Positions 32,234 to 40,054 of a stretch of DNA of 42,275 nt are shown here, piece by piece; the stretch's first letter is position 1, and every line of letters starts with the position of its first letter. Under the pieces are notes generated by a model, which saw only the letters and a list, made by a program, of their open reading frames with translations, had not been told where the DNA came from and searched no databases. The position numbers and the translations under genes are program-made. Source of the DNA: a virus; IMG/VR virus record IMGVR_UViG_3300021182_000043, positions 1-42,275 of that record. One strand, 5' to 3'.

Positions 32234-33057
32234 GCAGGCCTTGGTTCGCCTTTTATGCCGCCGACCTTCTGGTGGATGGGAAGATAGCCCTCCTCACGGA
32301 TGCCCAATTTAGAATGCTGATCCGCGTTTGGTGCCGGTGCTGCCTTGATGGAGGGGTCCCAAAAGATCCCAAGCTTTTCGCCAAGGTCATGAGGTGCAGG
32401 CTGAACGTAGCCGTATCGACCCTCCAATGGCTGGTGGTATGGCTATCAGAAGACCCCTCAAAACCAGGCCTATTGGTGTCTGAACGGATGCTAAAAGAGG
32501 AGGCCAAATATAATGCAAAGGTAGAAAAGCTACGAGTTAACGGGAAGAGTGGTGGCCGTCCACGAAAAGCAATTGCTTTTCCAGAAGATAAGCAAAAGGC
32601 CCCGCAACCACAACCACAACCACAAAGGGATAATGAGGGATCTAAAGATCCCTCTTGCCCAGAGCCCCCCAGGGGGGACTCCGTGCCGACCTCTCCAACG
32701 CTCTACGAAGTCCCCTGCTCTGGGACGGGGCCGAAAACTTGGCCGCTGACCCAGGCGAAGCTAGACGAATGGATGACCGCCTTCCCAGGCATCGATGTGA
32801 AAGCAGAGCTGCGGAAGGCGATCCAGTATCTGAAAGACAATCCCACCAAGCTCAAAACCCACCGAGGCTGTCCGGCCTATTTCGGACGCTGGCTCGGGCG
32901 GGCCCAGGACCGAAACCCGAAACCCCCCACGAATGGAGTCCAGAATGGCCACAGCCAATCCCAAAGACATGCCGGACGGGATGCTTCCCTCATACACCAA
33001 GTCACCCTGCTGCCCGAAGTGCGGGAGCCAGATCCCACAAGAAAGGCTGCTTGGTGA
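32230..33057 (+). CDS. DUF1376 (YdaU-like) replication initiation-associated protein (275 aa)
   Basis: The N terminus RPWFAFYAADLLVDGKIALLTDAQFRMLIRVWCRCCLDGGVPKDPKLFAKVM is typical of DUF1376. A PQPQPQPQ linker follows. Confidence 0.65.
   Translation: MSRPWFAFYAADLLVDGKIALLTDAQFRMLIRVWCRCCLDGGVPKDPKLFAKVMRCRLNVAVSTLQWLVVWLSEDPSKPGLLVSERMLKEEAKYNAKVEKLRVNGKSGGRPRKAIAFPEDKQKAPQPQPQPQRDNEGSKDPSCPEPPRGDSVPTSPTLYEVPCSGTGPKTWPLTQAKLDEWMTAFPGIDVKAELRKAIQYLKDNPTKLKTHRGCPAYFGRWLGRAQDRNPKPPTNGVQNGHSQSQRHAGRDASLIHQVTLLPEVREPDPTRKAAW
32564..32581. promoter_or_regulatory. 18-bp perfect palindrome in an AT-richer patch inside the initiator gene (origin candidate)
   Basis: GAAAAGCAATTGCTTTTC. The half-site GAAAAGC also occurs at 32524-32530. 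The surrounding ~110 nt are visibly AT-richer than their flanks. Confidence 0.35.
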
Positions 33058-33772
33058 AAGGCCCCTCTTCATCTGCTCCGTCTGCCTCCAGAGAGAGCAT
33101 GTGGCCCGCCAGATAGAGGACTTTCGCAAGATCGCGCCTGATTACATCCAGCGGTGCTGCCTCGTTGCGGGGATGGGCCCCCGCGAGGTCAGGTCCACGC
33201 TGGACAAGATCCCGATTGAAATTAGGGAGATGGTGCCAGCCGAGACCGTGAACCCAATTCTGGCCGGCCAGGATCCGCCCCATGGGTTCGGGCTCGGGGG
33301 AGAGGGGACCGGCGGGGGAAAAACCTCCGCACTGGCCGCGATCCTGAAGCAGAACCTCCTGACCTCCGAAACCCGCCGGGTGGAGGCGGGTGGGCAACCA
33401 GCCTTCAATGCCAGCACCCTCGGTCTCTGGTGGGTGAGCTGGCCCGCTCAGGTCACGCTGCTTAGGACCAGGGCCATCCAAGAGGGGTATGTGGAGCGCG
33501 TGATCGAGGAAATGACCGAGACCCGCATCCTGTTCCTGGATGATCTGGGCTCCGAGCGCATCAAGGGAAGCTATGTGGAGGACTTCGCGGCCTCGCAGCT
33601 CGACGTCATCATTGATGCCCGCTACCGCGAGGAAAAGCCTACCTTCTACACCACCAACCTGAATCTGGCGGGGCTGATCGAGTTCTATGGAGCTCGCATG
33701 GTCTCCAGGCTTTGTGGTGACAACCCGCTCTATGTGGTGGAAGGCCTGAAAGATCAGAGGTTCGGACGATGA
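32933..33772 (+). CDS. DnaC/IstB-like AAA+ helicase loader with an N-terminal zinc ribbon (279 aa; start uncertain between 32933 and 32981)
   Basis: CCPKCG...CSVC zinc ribbon. Walker A is GEGTGGGKTSAL. Walker B is ILFLDDLGSER. Confidence 0.75.
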   Translation: MESRMATANPKDMPDGMLPSYTKSPCCPKCGSQIPQERLLGERPLFICSVCLQREHVARQIEDFRKIAPDYIQRCCLVAGMGPREVRSTLDKIPIEIREMVPAETVNPILAGQDPPHGFGLGGEGTGGGKTSALAAILKQNLLTSETRRVEAGGQPAFNASTLGLWWVSWPAQVTLLRTRAIQEGYVERVIEEMTETRILFLDDLGSERIKGSYVEDFAASQLDVIIDARYREEKPTFYTTNLNLAGLIEFYGARMVSRLCGDNPLYVVEGLKDQRFGR

Positions 33773-33966
33773 TCCCAAAGGCCCAGATCATCCACCCTGT
33801 TGTGCCCAAGGGTTTTATTCCGCCGGTATATGGATGCCTCTTAGGTGGTGCGCCTATCCCTCCCCGCAATCAGCCTGGGTGTTCAACCAAGGCCCAGCCG
33901 CGCTGTAGCTACTGCTCTTGCATCCTTACCACGAACCGCTGTGAATCCTGTGGAGCCCCACGATGA
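33769..33966 (+). CDS. hypothetical Cys-rich protein (65 aa)
   Basis: ATGA coupling at both ends. C-terminal CSYCSC...CESC. Confidence 0.45.
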   Translation: MIPKAQIIHPVVPKGFIPPVYGCLLGGAPIPPRNQPGCSTKAQPRCSYCSCILTTNRCESCGAPR

Positions 33967-34247
33967 ACACGCGCGAAACCCTCAAGCCGCTTCCAGATGC
34001 CCACCTCTACGGCTGGTATCCGCCAAACTCTGGGGTAGAGGGGGACTTCCAGGTTCCCACTGACCTCGTGGAGCATTACCGGCAGTTCAGGCCCGATGGA
34101 TATTGGGGGCTGGTCTGCCCGAGCTGCAGGTGCGTTTTTCCCCCAGGCCTGAGCGATCTGATTTGGGACCAGTTCAGGGCCCACATCAAGGACTGGACCG
34201 ACAAGGGATGCTTTTTGAACCAGAAGGCCTCGGGAGGCTCCAAATGA
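33963..34247 (+). CDS. hypothetical protein (94 aa)
   Basis: ATGA coupling at both ends. CPSCRC motif. Confidence 0.55.
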   Translation: MNTRETLKPLPDAHLYGWYPPNSGVEGDFQVPTDLVEHYRQFRPDGYWGLVCPSCRCVFPPGLSDLIWDQFRAHIKDWTDKGCFLNQKASGGSK

Positions 34248-34528
34248 GCTGTAGAGCAGCTGCGGCGAAAGTGATCCAGGAAACCATAGACCGCGTGGGG
34301 TGCGAGGACGAGAAGGCCCTCCGCCGCGCGATCAGCAAGGCCTATCCCTTTGGAGAGCGCCGGATGTGGCCCTACAAGGTCTGGCTCTCCCAGGTGAAGC
34401 GCATGGTCCCGAAGGCCATGGACTGGCACCGGCTGGGGCCGGAGGGCCAGAAGACCGCCCTGGATGCCATGAAGCGCTTCATGCTGGCCGAGGAGGAGGC
34501 CCTACTTGGCCCCCTTTTCAGGAAATAG
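34244..34528 (+). CDS. hypothetical protein (94 aa)
   Basis: Track ORF 34103..34528, trimmed to ATG 34244, which overlaps the upstream stop. Confidence 0.55.
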   Translation: MSCRAAAAKVIQETIDRVGCEDEKALRRAISKAYPFGERRMWPYKVWLSQVKRMVPKAMDWHRLGPEGQKTALDAMKRFMLAEEEALLGPLFRK

Positions 34529-34541
34529 GACTCCGAAATCC

Positions 34542-34643
34542 TGTGACAAGTGTCACAAGGCCCCAAAAGTGAATTTTCTTACACAAAAAGCTAGACTGTA
34601 AGAAAGTTCACTCTAGCCTTGGTATTGGGAACCGCGTTCCCAA
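34542..34643. promoter_or_regulatory. cluster of three inverted repeats in the 131-nt intergenic gap (operator, promoter or RNA structure candidates)
   Basis: TGTGACA-ag-TGTCACA (34542-34557). GTGAATTTTCTTAC (34569-34582) pairs with GTAAGAAAGTTCAC (34598-34611), with 1 mismatch. TTGGGAAC-cgc-GTTCCCAA (34625-34643). Confidence 0.45.
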
Positions 34644-34659
34644 CCCCACGGAGCCACCC

Positions 34660-34938
34660 ATGACCGCGCCCGCCAGCACCTTCCCCTACACCGTGACCAC
34701 GATCACTGACATGGGGCACCGCATGAAGACCAACATCCCCTCCGCCAAGGAGCTGGTCAGGTTCTTGGACTGGAACCTTTCCAACCCCCACGTTCTGGCC
34801 ACCAAGGTGGTCAGGAACGACATCAAGCAGGCCGATGGGATCTGCCTCTGTGGAGAGCCCATCCCAGCAGGCCAGGAACAGTGCCAGGAGTGCAGGGACG
34901 GTTTCGCCTCTGCCGAACTTTCTCAAGGCGTTCAGTAG
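34660..34938 (+). CDS. hypothetical protein with a C-terminal zinc-ribbon-like motif (92 aa)
   Basis: Shine-Dalgarno ACGGAG upstream. CLCGEPIPAGQEQCQEC. Confidence 0.55.
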   Translation: MTAPASTFPYTVTTITDMGHRMKTNIPSAKELVRFLDWNLSNPHVLATKVVRNDIKQADGICLCGEPIPAGQEQCQECRDGFASAELSQGVQ

Positions 34939-34974
34939 TCCACCACCACCCCACCCCACCACAAGGAGCCTCCG

Positions 34975-35943
34975 ATGGCTGACAACCTTTACAACAACAC
35001 CATGGCCTACACGGGTGAAGTCCCCTGGCACCACAAGGGGACGCACTTCTCCGAGGAGTTCACCAGCGCCCAGGCCGTGGAAGCCGCAGGCCTTGGCTAC
35101 CTCGTCACCAAGGAGCCCATCTATCGCATGCTGGCCGGAGAGCCCGCGCAGGTAGAGGGCCGCTTCGTGACCATCAATAACGACAACCAGAAGGTGCTCG
35201 GGTTCGTGGGAGACCGCTACGAAGTCCTGCAGAACACAGACGCCTTCATCTTCTTCGATGAGCTGATGGCCGAGTCCGGCGCGAAGTTCCAGACTGCCGG
35301 AGCCCTCGGGGATGGCGAAAAGGTTTGGCTGATGGCTAAGCTCCCCCACACCTTCGAGCCCCTACTGGGCGACAAGATCGAGCAGTTCTGCCTGCTCACC
35401 ACCAGCCACGACGGAAGCTCCGGGGTGGATGTCCGCTTCACTCCCATCCGCGTGGTCTGCCAGAACACCCTGACCGCTGCCGTGCGGGGCACCAAGGAAA
35501 CCATCAGCATCAGGCACACCGCCTCGGTGAAGTCCCGCCTGGAACAGTCCGCGATGATCCTGAAGGAAATGAACCGCCACTTTACCGCCCTCGGGGAAAC
35601 CTTCAAGGAGCTGGCGCACTTCCGGGTGGATGATGAGTGGATCATGCGCTACGAGGAAAAGCTGTTCGGACCAGAGCCCAAGCAGGATGCGCACGGCATG
35701 ACCAAGAACCTCTGGGCAAGCCGGATGGCAGGCTACGAGACACGCCTTTCCACCGGCATGGGCATCGACATCCCGGGCGTGAAGGGGACCGCCTGGGGGG
35801 CCTACAACGCCGCCATCGAGTGGGCTGATTATCAGTTCCCGCTCCGCAAGGGGACCGACCGCACAGAATCCATCCTCTGGGGCTCCGCCAATGCCTTCAA
35901 GCAGGAGGCCCTGGACCACGCCATGGCGCTGGTGCCCAGGTGA
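34975..35943 (+). CDS. DUF932 (TIGR03299-like phage/plasmid) protein (322 aa)
   Basis: The N terminus NTMAYTGEVPWHHKGTHF...AQAVEAAGLGYLVTKEPIY...LGFVGDRYEVLQN is typical of DUF932. Confidence 0.8.
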   Translation: MADNLYNNTMAYTGEVPWHHKGTHFSEEFTSAQAVEAAGLGYLVTKEPIYRMLAGEPAQVEGRFVTINNDNQKVLGFVGDRYEVLQNTDAFIFFDELMAESGAKFQTAGALGDGEKVWLMAKLPHTFEPLLGDKIEQFCLLTTSHDGSSGVDVRFTPIRVVCQNTLTAAVRGTKETISIRHTASVKSRLEQSAMILKEMNRHFTALGETFKELAHFRVDDEWIMRYEEKLFGPEPKQDAHGMTKNLWASRMAGYETRLSTGMGIDIPGVKGTAWGAYNAAIEWADYQFPLRKGTDRTESILWGSANAFKQEALDHAMALVPR

Positions 35944-36092
35944 ACGGCTCCCGCCTCTACATCCAGCCCGTGTCCGAACGGACACGGTGCTGGATCATTC
36001 TCTCGGTAATTTTCACCGGCATTGCCCTGGGGATTCTCCAGGGCCTGCCGGATGCCTTCCAGGCCGTCCTAGATGCCCTGGGCTCTCGTTAA
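35940..36092 (+). CDS. possible small membrane protein (50 aa, GTG start, below the ORF-track cutoff)
   Basis: GTG 35940 overlaps the DUF932 stop (GTGA). Hand translation includes CWIILSVIFTGIALGIL. GC3-rich. Confidence 0.35.
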   Translation: MNGSRLYIQPVSERTRCWIILSVIFTGIALGILQGLPDAFQAVLDALGSR

Positions 36093-36119
36093 TACCTCCC
36101 CCACTTCAAGGAGCCAACC

Positions 36120-36545
36120 ATGGGCGATAACCCCAACCCCAATCCCTCGCTGACTATCCCCAGGGACATCATCGAGCCCATCATCCAATCCCATGTAGCT
36201 GCCGCCATCACGGAAGCCCTGGGCCTTAAAAAGCAGCTCCTATCCGAGATTGCCACCCGCATCATCAATGAGTGCGTAGACAGCAACGGCAAACCATCCT
36301 CCTACAGCTACGACAAGGGCCGCCGCTGGATTGACTGGGCAACGCAGGATGCCTTCCGAAAAGCTATGCAGTCCGCCATTGAGGAGCAGGTGGAGCTGCA
36401 CAAGGAAACACTGAAGAAGGCGCTGGTGGCCGAGCTGAAGAAGGTGAACAGCCCCTTGGTCAAGGCCATGGTGGAAGGCATGGTGACAGGAGCCCTGACC
36501 ACTAACCTGTGCTACAACCTCACCATCAGCGAAAAGAAGGACTGA
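36120..36545 (+). CDS. hypothetical protein (141 aa)
   Basis: AAGGAG Shine-Dalgarno upstream. Helical. No family recognised. Confidence 0.6.
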   Translation: MGDNPNPNPSLTIPRDIIEPIIQSHVAAAITEALGLKKQLLSEIATRIINECVDSNGKPSSYSYDKGRRWIDWATQDAFRKAMQSAIEEQVELHKETLKKALVAELKKVNSPLVKAMVEGMVTGALTTNLCYNLTISEKKD

Positions 36546-36581
36546 CCACCCCACCCTACCCCACCTTTCAAGGAGAACCGC

Positions 36582-37685
36582 ATGACCGACACCGCAACCC
36601 CCAAGCCAGAGCCTCTTGAGGGGATCATCGTAGGGAGCCAGGATGGAACGCAGCTAGTGACCATCCAGACCCGCCCCGTGGTGGATATTTTCACCGCACC
36701 AGGGCTGGTTCCCGCGCTTCTGGCTGCTGTCCGCACCGAGGCCGCCCGAGACTTTACGCCCGATGTCACCACGGCCAAGGGCCGGGAGGCGATCAAGGCC
36801 CAGGCCTTCAAGGTGACCAAGACCAAGACCTATTTGGAAGACTTGGGCAAGAAAGAAGCTGCCCGCCTCAAGGCCCTGGTAAAACCATTGGACGATGGAC
36901 GCAAGGCCCTGTGGGACGGGCTGGAGAGGATCCAGGCCGAGACCCGCAAACCCCTTACCGAGTGGGAGATGATCCGCGAGACCTGGAAGCAGACCCTGGG
37001 CCGCATCCAGAACCTGCCCACCATGATGTTCCGCGCCACCGCTGCCCAGCTTGAGGAGAAAATCGCTGAGCTGAGGCCGCTGGCGGTGGATTCCGAGCGG
37101 TGGGAGGAAATGGCATCCGAGGCCAGCGGGATCAAGACCGCCACCCTGGCCACCCTGGAGGGGATGCTGGAGAAAGCAAAGCAGGCCGAGGAGGACGCCC
37201 GAGAGCTTCAGAGGCTCAAGGATGCCGAGGTCAAGCGCAAGCAGGAGGAGAACGACGAGCGCTTACGGAAAGAAGGTGAGCAACGCGCCCTGCTTGCCCA
37301 GCAGCAGGCCCAGGCCCCCCAGGTGGTAGTTCCCATCCCCCAGACCCTCCAACCAGCAGAACAGGCCTCTGCCAGCAGCGGAGAGCCCGCCAAGGGCCCC
37401 TGGTTCCCTGCCGCCATGCTTCCGCCTGGGCCCATCCAGGTGATCGAGGCCACGCCGCTGACCTTCCCCCAGGCTGATTCTCTCCGCCGAGGGGAGCCGG
37501 TGTCCTATTCCCAGGAGGCCTCTGCCGTAGAACACCGCCGGGGGTTCAACCGCGAGGCCTTGGCCGACCTGCAGGCCGCCATCATCGCGCCTGCCAGTGG
37601 AGTCCAGAACTCAGAGGACGCAGCCAAGGCCATCCTGACCGCCATCGTGACCGGCAAAGTCCGCCACATCGCCATCACCTACTGA
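36582..37685 (+). CDS. hypothetical coiled-coil protein (367 aa), possibly DUF1351-like
   Basis: AAGGAG Shine-Dalgarno upstream. KTYLEDLGKKEAARLKALVKPLDDGRKALWDGLERIQAETRKPLTEWE loosely resembles DUF1351 phage proteins. The family assignment has low certainty. Confidence 0.6.
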   Translation: MTDTATPKPEPLEGIIVGSQDGTQLVTIQTRPVVDIFTAPGLVPALLAAVRTEAARDFTPDVTTAKGREAIKAQAFKVTKTKTYLEDLGKKEAARLKALVKPLDDGRKALWDGLERIQAETRKPLTEWEMIRETWKQTLGRIQNLPTMMFRATAAQLEEKIAELRPLAVDSERWEEMASEASGIKTATLATLEGMLEKAKQAEEDARELQRLKDAEVKRKQEENDERLRKEGEQRALLAQQQAQAPQVVVPIPQTLQPAEQASASSGEPAKGPWFPAAMLPPGPIQVIEATPLTFPQADSLRRGEPVSYSQEASAVEHRRGFNREALADLQAAIIAPASGVQNSEDAAKAILTAIVTGKVRHIAITY

Positions 37686-37722
37686 TCCGCCCTCTCAACC
37701 CCCACCCCACTGAAAGGAATCC

Positions 37723-38166
37723 ATGAGCCTCGCACTTACCTCCATCCCCGTCCGGACCTTCACGTTCAAGAGGGAAATCAAACGCCGCGCCATCATTTCC
37801 CTTGAGGGGATCCTGGGCCGCATCCCCGCCGGGGTGAGATTCACCACGCCCGATGTCCACACCCTCATGGTGGCCGAGGGGTCATACCTGGAGCCCGAAA
37901 GCCTCGCCAACCTGCTGATCGAGGTGTCCCGCACCCACGCAGGCCTGGGCCGCACCGAGGCCAAGCCTCCCATCTACGAGTTCAACCAAGCCGCCTACCT
38001 GGAGCCCGCGCCTATCAGGAGCTGCAAGCCTGAGGCCATGCCTCCCGCCTATGGTTCGCTTTTCACAGATGACGAGCAGCACCAGGGGCCGGTAGCTCTC
38101 CGCCTCCGCCGGATGGAGGCCATGCTTGAAGCTCTGTGCAAGGGCCTCGGGGTGGAGATGCCGTGA
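37723..38166 (+). CDS. hypothetical protein (147 aa)
   Basis: AAAGGA Shine-Dalgarno upstream. Clean ORF. Confidence 0.6.
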   Translation: MSLALTSIPVRTFTFKREIKRRAIISLEGILGRIPAGVRFTTPDVHTLMVAEGSYLEPESLANLLIEVSRTHAGLGRTEAKPPIYEFNQAAYLEPAPIRSCKPEAMPPAYGSLFTDDEQHQGPVALRLRRMEAMLEALCKGLGVEMP

Positions 38167-38363
38167 TGGGCCGAGAGTTCACCTTCGCAGAGCTGTTCTG
38201 CCTCGCGCTCTGCTTCACAGTTCTGGTGCTGGGTGCCTACGAGCTGGCGCGGTTCGCCGCGCTGTCTTTGATCGCCACGGCCCGCCGCATCGCCTCCTGG
38301 TGGCGGGACCGCCAGATTCCCAAAGGCTGGCAACCCCGCAAGGCAAAGCGGAGGCCACGATGA
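38166..38363 (+). CDS. small membrane protein (65 aa)
   Basis: ATG overlaps the upstream stop (TGATG). Transmembrane segment FAELFCLALCFTVLVLGAY. Basic tail. Confidence 0.5.
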   Translation: MGREFTFAELFCLALCFTVLVLGAYELARFAALSLIATARRIASWWRDRQIPKGWQPRKAKRRPR

Positions 38364-38650
38364 AGACCGTCATCAACCACCGATTCAACCGCCTGGACAT
38401 GGCCCCCCATGTGGAGCACCTGGGAAATGGCCTGCGGAACCAGAGCCCGCGCTGCCAATTCAATGAGGCCTTCGCGGATTGCCTGCTCCATGACGCCCGC
38501 CTCGCCCACGAGCTGGTGGATGCGCTCAAGACCATTACGACCGCACTGGAGGATCACCCGGACGCGCTGCGTGGGAACAGCAAAGTCCACTTCGCCTGGA
38601 TCACGGCCAGGGGTGCCGTGGCCAACGCCGAGAAAACGGAGACCGCATGA
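38360..38650 (+). CDS. hypothetical protein (96 aa)
   Basis: ATGA coupling at both ends. Confidence 0.55.
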   Translation: MKTVINHRFNRLDMAPHVEHLGNGLRNQSPRCQFNEAFADCLLHDARLAHELVDALKTITTALEDHPDALRGNSKVHFAWITARGAVANAEKTETA

Positions 38651-38859
38651 GCACAGTTGGCCTTGAGCAATTCCAGTGGGAGCGCCTGATGGAAGTTCTG
38701 TGGACCATCGCGGAGAACACCAAGCCCCTGCCGGACATCATCCAGGAGGCCCCTAAGCCTGAGCCTGGGATCCTGGGCCGCCTGATGGACGCCAACCAGA
38801 CTATCGAGGGTGCCTGCATGAACCGTTCCGAAATCCGGAAGCTACTGGAGCCGAAATGA
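38647..38859 (+). CDS. hypothetical protein (70 aa)
   Basis: ATGA coupling at both ends. Confidence 0.5.
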   Translation: MSTVGLEQFQWERLMEVLWTIAENTKPLPDIIQEAPKPEPGILGRLMDANQTIEGACMNRSEIRKLLEPK

Positions 38860-39155
38860 GCAACCCAGATCGGTTCTACACCTGCACGGTCTGCGGGGCC
38901 ACCGGGACAGCAAAGCTCATCTGTCCCGACCCGCAGGCCATCAGGCCACCCCAGGCCCTGCCTCCGGGCGTAATCCAGCCGCCAAACCTCATCACCCAGG
39001 CCCAGGCTGTCCGCATCACGGGAAAGTCCGCAGCCCATGTGAACGCGCTGGCGGCCCAGGGCGGGGCTCTCCAGTTCGAGCTGTGGCATGGGACGAAGAT
39101 GATCCCCATGTGGCGGGTGATGCTCTACCTGAAAGACCATCCGGTGAAACCATGA
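38856..39155 (+). CDS. hypothetical protein with CxxC and an HTH-like segment (99 aa)
   Basis: YTCTVCGATG, then ITQAQAVRITGKSAAHVNALAAQG. Confidence 0.55.
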   Translation: MSNPDRFYTCTVCGATGTAKLICPDPQAIRPPQALPPGVIQPPNLITQAQAVRITGKSAAHVNALAAQGGALQFELWHGTKMIPMWRVMLYLKDHPVKP

Positions 39156-39343
39156 GCGCCCGAGGAGTCGCGGTCTTGAACCTTGACCCCCTGGTGCAGC
39201 TCCTAGGCTACGTCCCCGTGAGCGACACCATCTGCCTGGATGCCGTGGCCAGGGCCCGAAGGGTCACCACCAACACCATCCTGCGGGAAGCTATTCGCGA
39301 GTGGATCGCCAACCACCCCAACGAGATTCAGGAGGCCTCGTGA
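39152..39343 (+). CDS. hypothetical protein (63 aa), possible ribbon-helix-helix C terminus
   Basis: ATGA coupling. RRVTTNTILREAIREWIANH resembles RHH/CopG helices. Confidence 0.45.
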   Translation: MSARGVAVLNLDPLVQLLGYVPVSDTICLDAVARARRVTTNTILREAIREWIANHPNEIQEAS

Positions 39344-39564
39344 GCCTGTTCCGCAAGCAAGCACCCCAGCGCACCCAGCTCTGCCACCTCCTGGCCGGCC
39401 AGGTCCAGCCTTTTGGGGACAGGCATTTCCCCCCTCTCGGATTCCAGGCTGATGCCGCCGTGAGAATTGGCCTCCTGGTGGATGCCTTCTACGGTAGTTC
39501 CAGGGTGGTCTTCAACGTGAACGACACGACCCCAGCAGAGCTGGGGATGGAGGAACCGAAATGA
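39340..39564 (+). CDS. hypothetical protein (74 aa, GTG start)
   Basis: GTGA overlap with the upstream stop. ATGA coupling downstream. Confidence 0.45.
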   Translation: MSLFRKQAPQRTQLCHLLAGQVQPFGDRHFPPLGFQADAAVRIGLLVDAFYGSSRVVFNVNDTTPAELGMEEPK

Positions 39565-39785
39565 CGCCAGAAGACGAACTGCTCTCCACCTTCGCCACTC
39601 CCCTTGAGGCCTACGAAAAGACACAGGCCAAATTCCGCCACGTCATGGGCCTGGAGTTCTGGACCCCCCGGAAGTCCCTCCTGGAAGGCCTATCCTTTCC
39701 GTGGGCAACCAGCCGGGGGAAGCTCGAGACTTTCTGGGCCCACCCCGGCGGGGAAGTAGGGGTCAGACTGAAGGTGCGCCGATGA
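39561..39785 (+). CDS. hypothetical protein (74 aa)
   Basis: ATGA coupling at both ends. Confidence 0.5.
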   Translation: MTPEDELLSTFATPLEAYEKTQAKFRHVMGLEFWTPRKSLLEGLSFPWATSRGKLETFWAHPGGEVGVRLKVRR

Positions 39786-40054
39786 TCTGCCGAGTCCATA
39801 AATGCCAGGGGATCGCCATTGTGGACCTCTGCGGGAAGCACGAGGAGGACCGCGAAGATGGCATCCCACTCACGATGAATGTGGGCCGCCCTAAGCAGAC
39901 CGCCCACCTTCGCCCTGTCCACGCCCCCAGCCTGCGGCCCCCTCGCTGTGCTGCCAGAACCAAGAAGGGGACGGAACGATGCCTCAATGAAGTGGTCCAA
40001 GGCTTCGAGTTCTGCGGAGTTCACCTAGCGATCCATCGGAGGCACCATGCCTGA
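39782..40054 (+). CDS. hypothetical Cys-rich (zinc-binding-like) protein (90 aa)
   Basis: CRVHKCQG...CGKHEED and CAARTKKGTERC...CGVH, which look like two repeats of a Cys/His module. Confidence 0.5.
   Translation: MICRVHKCQGIAIVDLCGKHEEDREDGIPLTMNVGRPKQTAHLRPVHAPSLRPPRCAARTKKGTERCLNEVVQGFEFCGVHLAIHRRHHA

Noticed and set aside
32605-32625. (CAACCA)n microsatellite.
   Set aside because: It is in frame and encodes the PQPQPQPQ interdomain linker of the initiator protein. It is noted only as context for the origin candidate, not as an independent element.
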